Below, piece by piece: positions 37,191-47,685 of a stretch of 64,000 nucleotides of DNA. The DNA is from Podarcis pityusensis. Taxonomy: Eukaryota. Under the pieces are notes generated by a model. It searched no databases. It was not told the origin of the DNA and saw only the letters and a list, made by a program, of their open reading frames with translations. Position numbers and translations under genes: made by a program. Location: the NCBI GenBank assembly GCA_964106645.2, contig OZ067045.1. One strand, 5' to 3'. Position 1 is the stretch's first letter. Each line of letters begins with the position of its first letter.

Positions 37191-37487
37191 GATAAAGCCT
37201 TGGGGATGCTAAGAGCCTAGGTAATTTCCTACTGTGATAGTCTTCCCCTGACTCTAGCAAATAAGGGAGATGCGACAATGGTTAAGAAACTATAAGACCA
37301 AGGAACAAACAACTTTTTTTTTTAAGAATAAGGTTGGGACTAGGAAGGACAAAAACCAAAGAGATATATGAAGAAGGCTGGGTAGGCTGCTGAAGGATAA
37401 ACACAAACAGAACAAATGTTACTAAAGTCCACCAAACTCTTTCTAATGTTCAAAAGAACTGCCTGTTCATCCAAGAACCTGTCTCAC

Positions 37488-37583
37488 CTCCAGTAGTTTA
37501 TACAGATCCTCAATGCTTCGTTTTTCTTGCTGTTTTGCTGGGATCTCTGTTTCTTTGAAGTGTATGTACTGGTTATAAAGTGC
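37488..37583 (-). CDS. MACF1: MACF1 exon ([13 protein letters not shown]...YKLLE)
   Basis: ttgcag|GCA ... GAG|gtgaga; 96 nt. Confidence 0.96.
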
Positions 37584-37970
37584 CTGCAAGAATAGAGAGC
37601 AAAGGGGTCATCATGCAGCAAATCACTTTACTCATGGAAGTGGGGGAAATATACAGCATCTATTAGCCCTCACAGTGGAGGGGGAAAGGTGTCCCATCCT
37701 CACCCACAGATTATCCCTGAAGAATGAACAGACAGAAGGCAGAAAGAAATGGCAGGAAACTGGGAGAGTTGCTCAGTGCTGCCTGGGTCTTTGTCATTAG
37801 TCTCAACAGAGATGCAAGGTGGACCCCAATCCCTGGGGAGCTTTAGTGGATGGATCTTGCCAACATCTGGGTTCCAAAGTGATCGACATTATCTGTCTCC
37901 TCAACAGACTGGTTAACTGTTTTGCCCTGACTTGGCTCACTCACTTGAGTCATCTGCAGCTAGAAACACA

Positions 37971-38159
37971 GAAAGCTTCCTTACAGCAAGTCAGACAATG
38001 AGTTCATCTAGTTCAGTAATCTCTATGCTGACTGGCAGTGACTCTCCAGGGTCACAAAAAGGCAGTCTTTCCCAGCCCTACCTGGAGATACTGCTGGGGA
38101 TTGAACCTGAGACCTTCTGCATATGAAGCAGATGTTCTAATTCATGAGCTACACCCCCT
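37971..38159 (-). mobile_element. tRNA-derived SINE (same family as 42826-43015), reverse orientation
   Basis: Reverse complement reads tgtagctca...gcagaaggtctcaggttcaatcccc...tctccaggtagggctggg. Confidence 0.8.
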
Positions 38160-38349
38160 TCTTTCCAGCCTTCTGATCCACAAACACCTAGCATGCTCCT
38201 AGTATTTGCTTTTAGATCACAGTACTCTGCACTATGTGGACAGGGAGCCTTTTTCAGCCCAAGAGTCGTTTTATGAGATAACCTTATAGTGGACACATGC
38301 CACTAGGGGGTTGGTCTAGAAGCAAAAACAGGTGGAGCAACATGTATCA

Positions 38350-38607
38350 TCTTCTTCTTTTCTTCTTTGGCGATCACTCATAGCCAAGTAAGAGTGTCTT
38401 CCATAAACACAGTTTTAACAATGAGTCCGTAAGTGACTGTGGAGGCCAATTCTGGATCCACACGTCCTTCCACAGTGGGGACATTGGTCTCCAGGCGGGC
38501 GCTGATCACGGTGTGGATTTGCCAAGTGTGCCTTCCTCCTAGCACATTTCTCCCTTGTGTCCCGAGTTCGAGTGTCTTCAAAGCCCATGACACCTTTGGT
38601 AAAGACC
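38350..38607 (-). mobile_element. RTE-clade LINE 3' fragment
   Basis: C-terminal CPHCGRTCGSRIGLHSHLRTH zinc finger, stop at 38415, short UTR and (GAA)n tail. Confidence 0.85.
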
Positions 38608-39180
38608 TTAACCCTTTGCACAGCATGTTGCATTCCAGCCATGCAAAAGCCAGGCACACAAACACCCCTCTGTTCTCCACCCAGACAAGGAAAAGGCATT
38701 ATCATAATCCAAGGGCACATTCCAACCAGGCAGTTGGGGAAGACACACAGATGGCACATGGGGAGTCCCAAGGGCACCTGTCCTACACTAGTAACTACTG
38801 TCTACATGAGCAAGAGATTTGCAGTGTCAGTTCTGGATCATTCACCAGTGAGACCATTTCTCCACAACTGTGACCTCCACACACAATAGAAATTATAAGA
38901 TTGCTACAGATGACACAGGCTGAGAGGAAGAGAGAATCTCTCTGATCTTTTGGGGATTAGTGGCTCTTTGTACCTTAGTCGCTAAGCTTATCATTGGAAG
39001 TCAGTTCAGGGATTGTATGAACCGAACCTGAGCTATGATTTGCCCCATGCACATACCAATAAATATTCTGATTTTGATTTTGAGGAAAGATAACAATAAT
39101 CAATCAGTGAAGAGCAGAGTGGGGGGCTCACATAAGGAAGCATACAAGGCATAGCTAGAGAAAATGGATCTGAAGTTTAC

Positions 39181-39300
39181 CTTGAGCTCTACAGGGTTCT
39201 GGGGAAAAGATTTGTCAGACATCATTATCGTGTGCTGCTTGATCCAGGAGATAAGAGAATCTATATGGTTCTGGTATTCTAACCACCTTGTGTCCACTTC
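39181..39300 (-). CDS. MACF1: MACF1 exon (EVDTRWLEY...PQNPVELK)
   Basis: ctgtag|GAA ... AAG|gtaaac; 120 nt. Confidence 0.96.
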
Positions 39301-40199
39301 CTACAGAAAGAGAGGGAAAGAACAGCCTTTTATGTGAGATAAATGATTAGGAAGTAACTGCTCTAAACGAACAGTAGACAAAATATTAAGCCAAATTGGA
39401 GAAAGGACGAGACATGAAGATGCATGCTTTCCACTGAGTGTCTCAGAATACTGTATCAGGGTAACACCCAGCTTGCTGCCAGAGATGGTGTCCATCCAAT
39501 TTGGTATGGATCAAGGTCTCAGAGCCCAGCAACAGGGCCATCAAGTCCCAGGTCTCCAGGAATGGCCACTCCTGTAGTTTAAAGCTTTGCAAGTCTTTGT
39601 CCGGCCTTTTGCAGTAAAAGGACAACCACTTCCCCTTTCTGTGATGCTTTTTCAGAGCTACACATCCATTCAGGAATAGGATCCTGATCTGAAGGGAGAG
39701 GATTTTATGCCACCTGAAGATGGAACTTTATTCTCAGGGGGAACATCCTCTTCAACTGCTAGGTGTGGCTACCTGATTGGGTTTCTATTGACTTCTTCTT
39801 CTTGTAATGGAGCAAACCACCAACCTCAACTTTTGTCAATACAAGCCCACCTAGCTTCTGTGTTGTCTGCCTCTGAAGGAACCTGTGTGTTTCCCATAAG
39901 GATAAAGAACAGACCTAGGTAATGGTGTTTCAACTTACACAGGTAGCAGAACAGCCACAGTCTATCTTTTTTTGCTACGCAAGGGGCCTCGGTACCTGAT
40001 ACCTAAACAGCAGGTACAGCCTCAGCTGACTGTCAGCTACTTCACCCCTCACTCCAATTTAACTCTTACAAGATGCAGACTGAGAGGGCTTCACCACCAA
40101 ATATATGCATTTTTCTCCACCTCTTTCCCTCTTTGTTTACCATCAAGCATTATAAATAGTTCTAGAGAACCCAAAAGCTTGCACTCAACTTTGGGACAT

Positions 40200-40351
40200 T
40201 TTGGTTGGACATAGAACGGTATGGTATGGATTTCTGAAGCATTCCTCCCAATACTGTAGAAGCACATTGCCCAAATTTGGTTGGACATATAACGGTATGG
40301 TATGGATTTCTGAAGCATTCCTCCCAATACTGTAGAAGCACATTGCCCAAA
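40200..40351. repeat. 76-bp tandem duplication (2 copies, 1 mismatch)
   Basis: 40200-40275 vs 40276-40351. Confidence 0.95.
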
Positions 40352-40539
40352 TTTTGATTAGTCAAGGTTCCTGTCCCCCCCCCCCCCAGCTAATTGCCCA
40401 CCCATTCATCCAAGTCAACATATGCACATTATCCATTTCCTGAGAGCAATTTCCAAAGCATTTTGGAATGGCCCATTCCAAAAGCCATTCATGTGCCAGG
40501 ATGGTCTCATCAGAATGAAAAAGCAGCAGCAAAGCTTAC

Positions 40540-40646
40540 GGTGGCACTGATGCCTTCTCCTCCCTCTGGAACTTTGGGAAAGGCATCGTAAATTGAAGAC
40601 ACATAAGTTATCACAGACTTTTCATCTGGGGAGGGAACATCCACAT
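40540..40646 (-). CDS. MACF1: MACF1 exon, CH2 end ([36 protein letters not shown])
   Basis: ttctag|AT ... ACC|gtaagc; 107 nt. Confidence 0.96.
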
Positions 40647-42207
40647 CTAGAAAAAAGGGGAAAGAATGAAGCAGTCAAATGGGTGGACTGAAAAGAAGAA
40701 CTGAAGCATGAAAGATAGCTTTGTGTTCCTATTCATAAAAATACATCCCAAGAGCCAAACCACATAAAGATTTTCCTGGACTGTACAACTTCAATATTCA
40801 CATATGGGTGTGATTAAAGGTTTCAAAGCTCTACTGTGGAGGAGAGAATACTCCTCGCACAATGAAAACAAGCTAGCCTAGAATTCTTCTTCCCTGGCAC
40901 TCTGATTTTCTGAATGAAGGGAGCCTAATTTAAATTTATTTATTTTTAGTTTTGGCTCTGTGCTTTTCCTCTTTGATGCTGCCTTTAGTCTGCTAAATGT
41001 GCTTTAATCATTTCTATGCTTGTTTTTATATTCTGTAAGCCACTTTGAGCAGCCCTTTTTGAAGCAAAAAGGAGCGTATACATTTTTGCATAAACCACAC
41101 ACACACAAACACACATCCTGCATACACAGAGAGTGGAGCAGATAAACACGCAACCCAAGGAAAGCAGCAGCATGAAATTCTGCTGAATGTTTAAATCAAC
41201 TCTAAGAGAAAGCTTCAGATCTGACATGAATCTTAAGCAGAAGCCTTACTTGATTAATCAGTGCAAATCTATTTATTTATTCAAATCAGTAAAATAAATA
41301 GATGCCTAACAGTGTTTCTAGAGGTCCTACAGAATTCGATCCTCTCTGCTGTTCCTGTGCCTCCTCCTCCCTCCATTTCTTACCTTCACTCCACTGTAAA
41401 AAAATTAGGCTGTGAGCTCCTCTGCAGGCAGTTACCTGTCCTTTTACTTATGCAACTCCTTAAAAGCACAACATACACAGAACAGTACTAAACAACACTT
41501 GTGCCCTATCCTAAACAAGTTTCAACCATTCTCCTTGCCATGGCAAGGGTAACTGGCAAGCATGGCTCACTGGCAAGCATGATCAGCAACAGGCCTTACA
41601 CCTGACAACACTGAAGTTGCAGAGGTGAGTGAGGATCACCTGGTGGGTGTGCAGCATTCCTTGCCACCTCCCTGGCTCAAATTTGGGAGGAGAGCTGGGG
41701 GTTGTTTGACCGCTGTGCAACCAAGGAGAAACCAATCTAGCAACTCCACACCTGCTCACCAACATTTCACGCTCCAGAGTGGGAAAATACTCTGTTTCCT
41801 GCCAACCCTTCCCTCTGATAGGGCATTGTGCTTGTATCTTGAATGCTGTTGGGTGAAAGTACCACAGGCACCTTTGGCTAGCAGCACCCAGTACAGCATA
41901 CTCCCTTCCCAAGGAAAAGATGGATGGGGGCTTGGAAGGAGATGGACAGGAGGCTGCTGACTACAAGACTGACCAGCAAAAATGGTAGCTTTCCCACCAC
42001 CAGCACTCCAAACTTTATATTTATTCGTTCAGAAAAGTATCAGAATCAACTGAGTAAACATTAGGCTGGCCATGAAACCATAAGAAGCAGGTCAGCATGA
42101 GGAGTTTACTCAGAGGCAGCCAGGTTGCATAGTAAAGCATCAACAGAATGCCATGTCTACTGCTCAAAAGTCACTGCATTTGCCCAGCTGACTTGCCCCA
42201 TCATCAC

Positions 42208-42320
42208 CTTCTGCATCCAGCAACCTGGTGACCCCAAGCCGCTCTGCAATCTCGAAGGCCTGTTCCAGATTATCTCGGCTGCTCTGAATCTGAACTCTTT
42301 CCATATCCACTAAATCTGGC
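42208..42320 (-). CDS. MACF1: MACF1 exon, CH2 (PDLVDMERV...TRLLDAE)
   Basis: ctgcag|G ... GAAG|gtgatg; 113 nt. Confidence 0.95.
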
Positions 42321-42574
42321 CTGCAGGAGACAGGAAAAAAAATGTGATTCCACATTTGCAGACTGCTGTTGTCAGAAACTTCTGCTACAGATAAACACAT
42401 TCTAAGTGAATTCAAAATTAGATTTCAGAATTTAAAGTAAGAAATCTCAGTATTTGGGACTCAAACTGCAGAATTTGAGCATTTAGCATCTGCACGTGAT
42501 TTCATTTTAGCTTCAGAAGTTTTCCCATTTTTCCAGGTTGCCCTCCTAGCTGGGCGGGGGAAACAGACACGTAC

Positions 42575-42741
42575 CTGTATCTGTGAATAATAGCATTGAA
42601 CATCTTTCCATCACTCCAGCAGGATGAGAAGTTGGTGCACTTCACTCCCACATAGCCCGCCGTCACCTTCTGCGTCCATAGAAGGAGCTTTTCTTTGGCG
42701 GACATGTCTCCCGACTCTCCACTGATGTAGATGTCAGAGAT
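42575..42741 (-). CDS. MACF1: MACF1 exon, CH2 start ([10 protein letters not shown]...AIIHRYR)
   Basis: ttccag|ATC ... TACAG|gtacgt; 167 nt. Confidence 0.96.
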
Positions 42742-42825
42742 CTGGAAGAGAAGACCACAGCCTTGAAGCAGTCATTTCATTTGGCAGAGCACCATGTCAG
42801 ATGCAATGAAACTACTGGGGGAAGG

Positions 42826-43015
42826 AGGGCTGTAGCACAGTGGTAGAGCAACTGCCTTGCCCGCAGAAGGTCCCAGGTTCAATGGCCCATGGCATCTCCA
42901 AGTAGAACTAGAAAATGTCCCCAGTCTGAAACCCTGTGGAGCAGCTGACGATCATTGTAGACCATACTGAGCTGGGTGGACCAAGGGTCTGACTTGATGT
43001 AAGGCAGCTTCTATG
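42826..43015 (+). mobile_element. tRNA-derived SINE
   Basis: tgtagcacagtggtagagc (A box) ... aggtcccaggttcaat (B box) ... taaggcagcttctatg tail. Confidence 0.82.
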
Positions 43016-46000
43016 GCAAGGAAGCACTTTGGAGTGAGAGTGCATGGTCAAGGCACGATGGCCCTGCTGCATGTCAAGGTAAGCCAGTGGCCTCACCTTA
43101 GGTGCTGAGGAAGGGGCAGAAAGGAGAGAGCTGAGCTTTCTGACTGGTTTAATTGCAGCTCATTGGTTGATCTTATCTTTGTTTTAACTGGTATAAAAGC
43201 TTTACATTTCATCTGTCTGTTAACGGATATTATTTTGTCTCATGAGCTGGCTTGTGGTTCTGGCACAGGCAGAAAAGGGAGATATTTGATGAAGCAGTGG
43301 AGGCTAGTGCATTAGGGTGAATGATGCACTGACTCAATAGTCTCAATCTGTCCTTGTCCAGCCCCCACCTGCCAGTCAGTTTCCTCCTCATGGGTCTCAG
43401 GGTCACCCCTTGAAGAACTCAACAGGGAGGAAGATGGGGACAAAACTGGAATTTGTTGGCTCTGGCTTCACCTACTACTGCTCTCCCTGCCAATGAGCAC
43501 CAGGAATCTGGAAGGGGTGGTCTCATTGAGTCAGACTGTGTTATTATTAAATGTATCTTGTTCAAAAGCTTGGCCATAGCTTCATGAGGCTAGCATGTTT
43601 CATTATGGCCTAAAATGTTTATCTACCCAAGTATTTTTTAAAGGACTTTTCTCCTTGGTTGGGTGATGAGGAAGGCCAGCCCTGTGCCAGCCAGCAGTTC
43701 AGATAACATTTGTCCACCGCTGAGCCACTGCCTGCCAATCAGGGTATTCCCCCTCCTCCATGATGAATGCAGATGGCTTAGCATCCCACCCATCCCCCTT
43801 CCAGATTCACAGAAGCAGCCACTGTGCTGTGCATTTCTGTGCAATCAGACAGATTAGAGAGAGAGAAATGTGCCATTGTGCAGCTGCTGTGGTGCATATT
43901 CTTTATACAAACCAGTGTGGACACAGTGTGGATGGAGGTGCTTTAGATGTACTTAGGAAACTGAAAGAAGTGGCTAGATTCACCTAAAGAACCAATTTTG
44001 CTTGTTGTTTCCATGGCCCTTGCGGACCCCATGCTTATCTGTTTATTATTACTTTAAGTTATTTATAGAGCCCTCTTTTCAAACTAGTTTCCAAAGCAAT
44101 TTACACTACCAGAACTGTAAAACAGAGCACTAGAAAGACACAGCACTATTAAAAACCACTAGTATCACTGGAATACAGTAGTAAAAACAGCAGACTCAAT
44201 AATAAAACACCTTCAAGAATAATTAAAAAAAAAGCTTGTTTTACCTTAAAAATGGTTCAGTGTTACATCTCAATACCTGAGAGTTGGTCACAAGAGTTGG
44301 TCACAAACCTGGATACAGGCTTCCATAGCTTGAAGTGTGCTTGCACATGTGATGTATTTTAACTCTGTATAATACCTGAACTGAGACTGTCATGGCAGTT
44401 CCCTCACCTCTCCAGGTTCTCTAGACTGAAGCTAGTCTTGCTTCTATTTCATTATATTATTTAGTTAAAATATTTATAAACTACCTTTTATCACAATGAT
44501 CTTAGTGGGGGGGGGGCGGGAACAAAATTCCCTTTAACACACCAAATCTATAGCTCCTGAAAAAATTAAATACATCAGCCCTAATTACAGAAATGTCTAC
44601 TTAATTCCACATACCAATCAATGATTTTCAACTCCTAGAGCTGGTTCTAAAATGGGAAAGAGAAGTTGGTCCAGCCATACCTTCGTTTCAAGCTGACAGG
44701 AACAACTTTATCCTCAAAATGCTTTGCAAATTTGTCACAGCAAGAGACAGAGGGGCCCACCCCCCTCTTCCCTGGGATAGGATCTTTACAACTCTGCTGG
44801 ACAGCTCCTTAAGGATGCAAAATGAGGCAGCAAAATAAGATTTTCTTGCTGCCCTCACTACCACATGGAAAGCACAGCCATGTCCTGTTCTCAATTGTAT
44901 TTCATCATTTTTCCTCTGTGACTTGCAGAACTTGCACACCAGCCATCGCCCAGCCTGCTTCACTGGCTAACAGTTCCCCAGAAGATTAAAGAGCCTAACA
45001 GGCTCTACAGCACTAAGAGCAATCTCATGGATGGCCCTCTCCATCTCATCTTTTCATAGTGCTATCAGGGCCTCAGCAAGACCACCAGTCATGTCCCCCA
45101 AAGCATTCAATAATTCCTCTAATTATCTAATTCTCCAAAAGTGGACCATAATAATGGTCCTGCAGGAAGAATGTGCTGCCACCAAGTCAAGCCAAGCCTC
45201 CCCTGTTCTGACCATGGCAAAAGAATTGAACACCCCCTCTTAATAGCAGATCACTCCACACCTGTTCTATAGCAGACCACAGGTCAAGCGCACACACTAC
45301 CAAATGCAATAGAGCAGTAATGTATTAAGGTTCACCCATGGTGGCCATGAAGCCCTGAACCAAGGTAACCCTGATGTGAATGTTTAAGTCCCCCAGAAGA
45401 ATCATCCCTGGTTCTTCAAACCTTAAACTGCATCTGCTGGCTCAGCTAAAACTGGATAGATGAGATACCAGCAACACCCACTCTGTCTCTCTGTTCCAAT
45501 GCCAGGCATAAGCCCTCAAATCCAGGCTCTGGCTGAGCCCCTGGTTTCATGATATGCCTGGTATGTTAACCAGGGTTAAGTGTTACCTTTGTACTATGCC
45601 TGCACCACATTCATTTAAGAGCAGGGGACTGATATTTTGCTGCCAGTCCCACTGGACACAGCCAATTCCCCCTTAGAAATTCCTAAGCCAGGGTGCCACT
45701 AATCCTCAACGCTTCTAACTCTCCAAAAGCAGGACTAGGTGGGGCAGGCAGGAAAAGGGATCTGAAGCAAGCAGCGAAAAGGCGATTTTCATTTGGTTCT
45801 CTGCTAGCTAAACCTAAGAGGTCTGCTTAATTCACAACATTTGAGGGCCAAAAGAGGATTGCTGGCAACACAATGCAGTGGGTGGAAGAGGGAATTGCCT
45901 CCAGAGCAGAAAGGGAGCAGTTTAGAGAGAGAGCATGAAATGCTCCCTGGGCCTTTGCCCCATATGCTGCAAGGCTTCCATCAGACCCTACCGGTCCCCA

Positions 46001-47462
46001 GATCCATATTCTTTTTCTGTCTGGGAGCCAAGCCCCATCTTCATCGATGCAGGCGGCTGGAAGAACACTCAGAGGAATGGTGACGGCATAGTGACCCAGT
46101 TTCCAATAAAAGAGAGAGAGGGAGAGGGGAGTGGGCTGCCGAATGCTTTTTGCACTTGATGGAACGTGCACACCTTCAGGCACGAGACGAGCGCTGGGAA
46201 AGAGGGTGGGGCTCAGCTCTTTCCACGGCGAGCTGGATTGCCGCTCCTTAATCAAAGGAACACTTTGTAAGCAGGCAAGAGCTGGCTGAGAGAAGGATGC
46301 CAATTTCACAAGAACAACACATCTGTGGGAATGAAATACGTGCCATAATTTAGAATGGTGACAGCCCTCCCAACACTAGTGCAATCTACAGGAGGGCTTG
46401 AGGAAGGGAAACAAATCTAGGACATTTAGCATCTACTAGAAAATTGTCCTTTTTCATGGGCACACAAATTTTGGCTGGGCTTAGTGACCAGCCAACAGTT
46501 ACCTCCACCTCTACCTATGCCTCCACCCCAGGGAGGGCCAGTGTCTCACTTTGGACTTATGAAAGCAGTGAGAATTCTCCAAGGACTTTCAAAGTCAAGC
46601 AGGAAGTCAGAGATGAGCCCCCAACCCTCCACTTTACACTGGGGTCAGCACTCACCAGACCAACAGGTGTGGTCATCACAGGCAATTCAGCGAGTGCACT
46701 TGTGGAACCCTCGCCATCACTGTGACAGTGATATCACATGAGTTACCAGCCACTGTGTCTGTAAGGAAATGAAGGAGCAAGACCCAGTTCTTGCAGGAGA
46801 ACCAGGCTCAGACCTGTGGCTTCCTTGTTGCACAGGGGCAGCTGTTACACCATTTTCACAGTCCTCTTGGCCACTTTGGGCTTTTGCAGCACACAAAAGA
46901 TCCTGAGGCACCTGTGGAGCCTCGGAATGCATGGAATCACGAGATCTCCTCTGTGTACATGTCAAGTGCCTCTTTTATCCTGAAGGGGGAAGGTCAAAAC
47001 ACCACCGCCACCACTCAGGATTTCTAAGTAAGCAAAACCCATTCAGCACTACATCCCAAAATGACTGGCAGCAACCCAATATCATTTCCCAATTTGTGGC
47101 AGTCCAGAGAAATGTGGAAGAAGAGACACATGCAGTCATATTGCGGGGAGATAAAGAAAATATTCCTGGATCACCACAGCTCACAGCCAGTTCATACACA
47201 GCCTTCACCAACATGCTGCCCTCCAGATGTTTTGGACCACAACTCCCACTGAAGACTCTGATGGCTGGGGCTGATGAGAGCTGTAGTTCCAGATATAAGG
47301 AGAACACCAGCTTGGGGGAAAGTGTTCTGTGGCATGGTGGGAAGCTCCTCAACCAGCCCTGCACACTCCAGACGGCACAGTAGTAGGACAGCAACATCCA
47401 CCATGGTCCTTTGCCCCATATGGTGATTTCTGGGTTTAAATAAATAAAAATTTTAAAAGAAT

Positions 47463-47685
47463 TGTCTAGTAGCACCTGAGAGACCAACTAAGTTTGTTCT
47501 GGGTACTATATAAGCTTTCGTGTGCATGCACAATTCTTCAGATCGTATCTGAAGAAGTGCGCATGCACATGAAAGCTTATACCCAGAAGAAACTTAGTTG
47601 GTTTCTAAGGTGCTACTGGACATTTTTTTACAAAATATTATTTATTTCGACTGCGTCAGACCAACATGACTACCTACCTGAATCT
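47463..47685. mobile_element. Penelope-like element terminal-repeat remnant in inverted arrangement
   Basis: ~78-bp arms 47463-47543 / 47547-47622, each with CTGAAGA...GAAAGCTT, plus a tail to about 47685. Confidence 0.85.

Noticed and set aside
40200-40351. Direct repeats as a CRISPR-like array
   Set aside because: Two abutting copies with no spacers, in a vertebrate intron
45827-46309. 160-aa minus-strand ORF with a phase-0 CCG|gtaggg donor
   Set aside because: No in-frame ATG, weak donor, no recognisable homology
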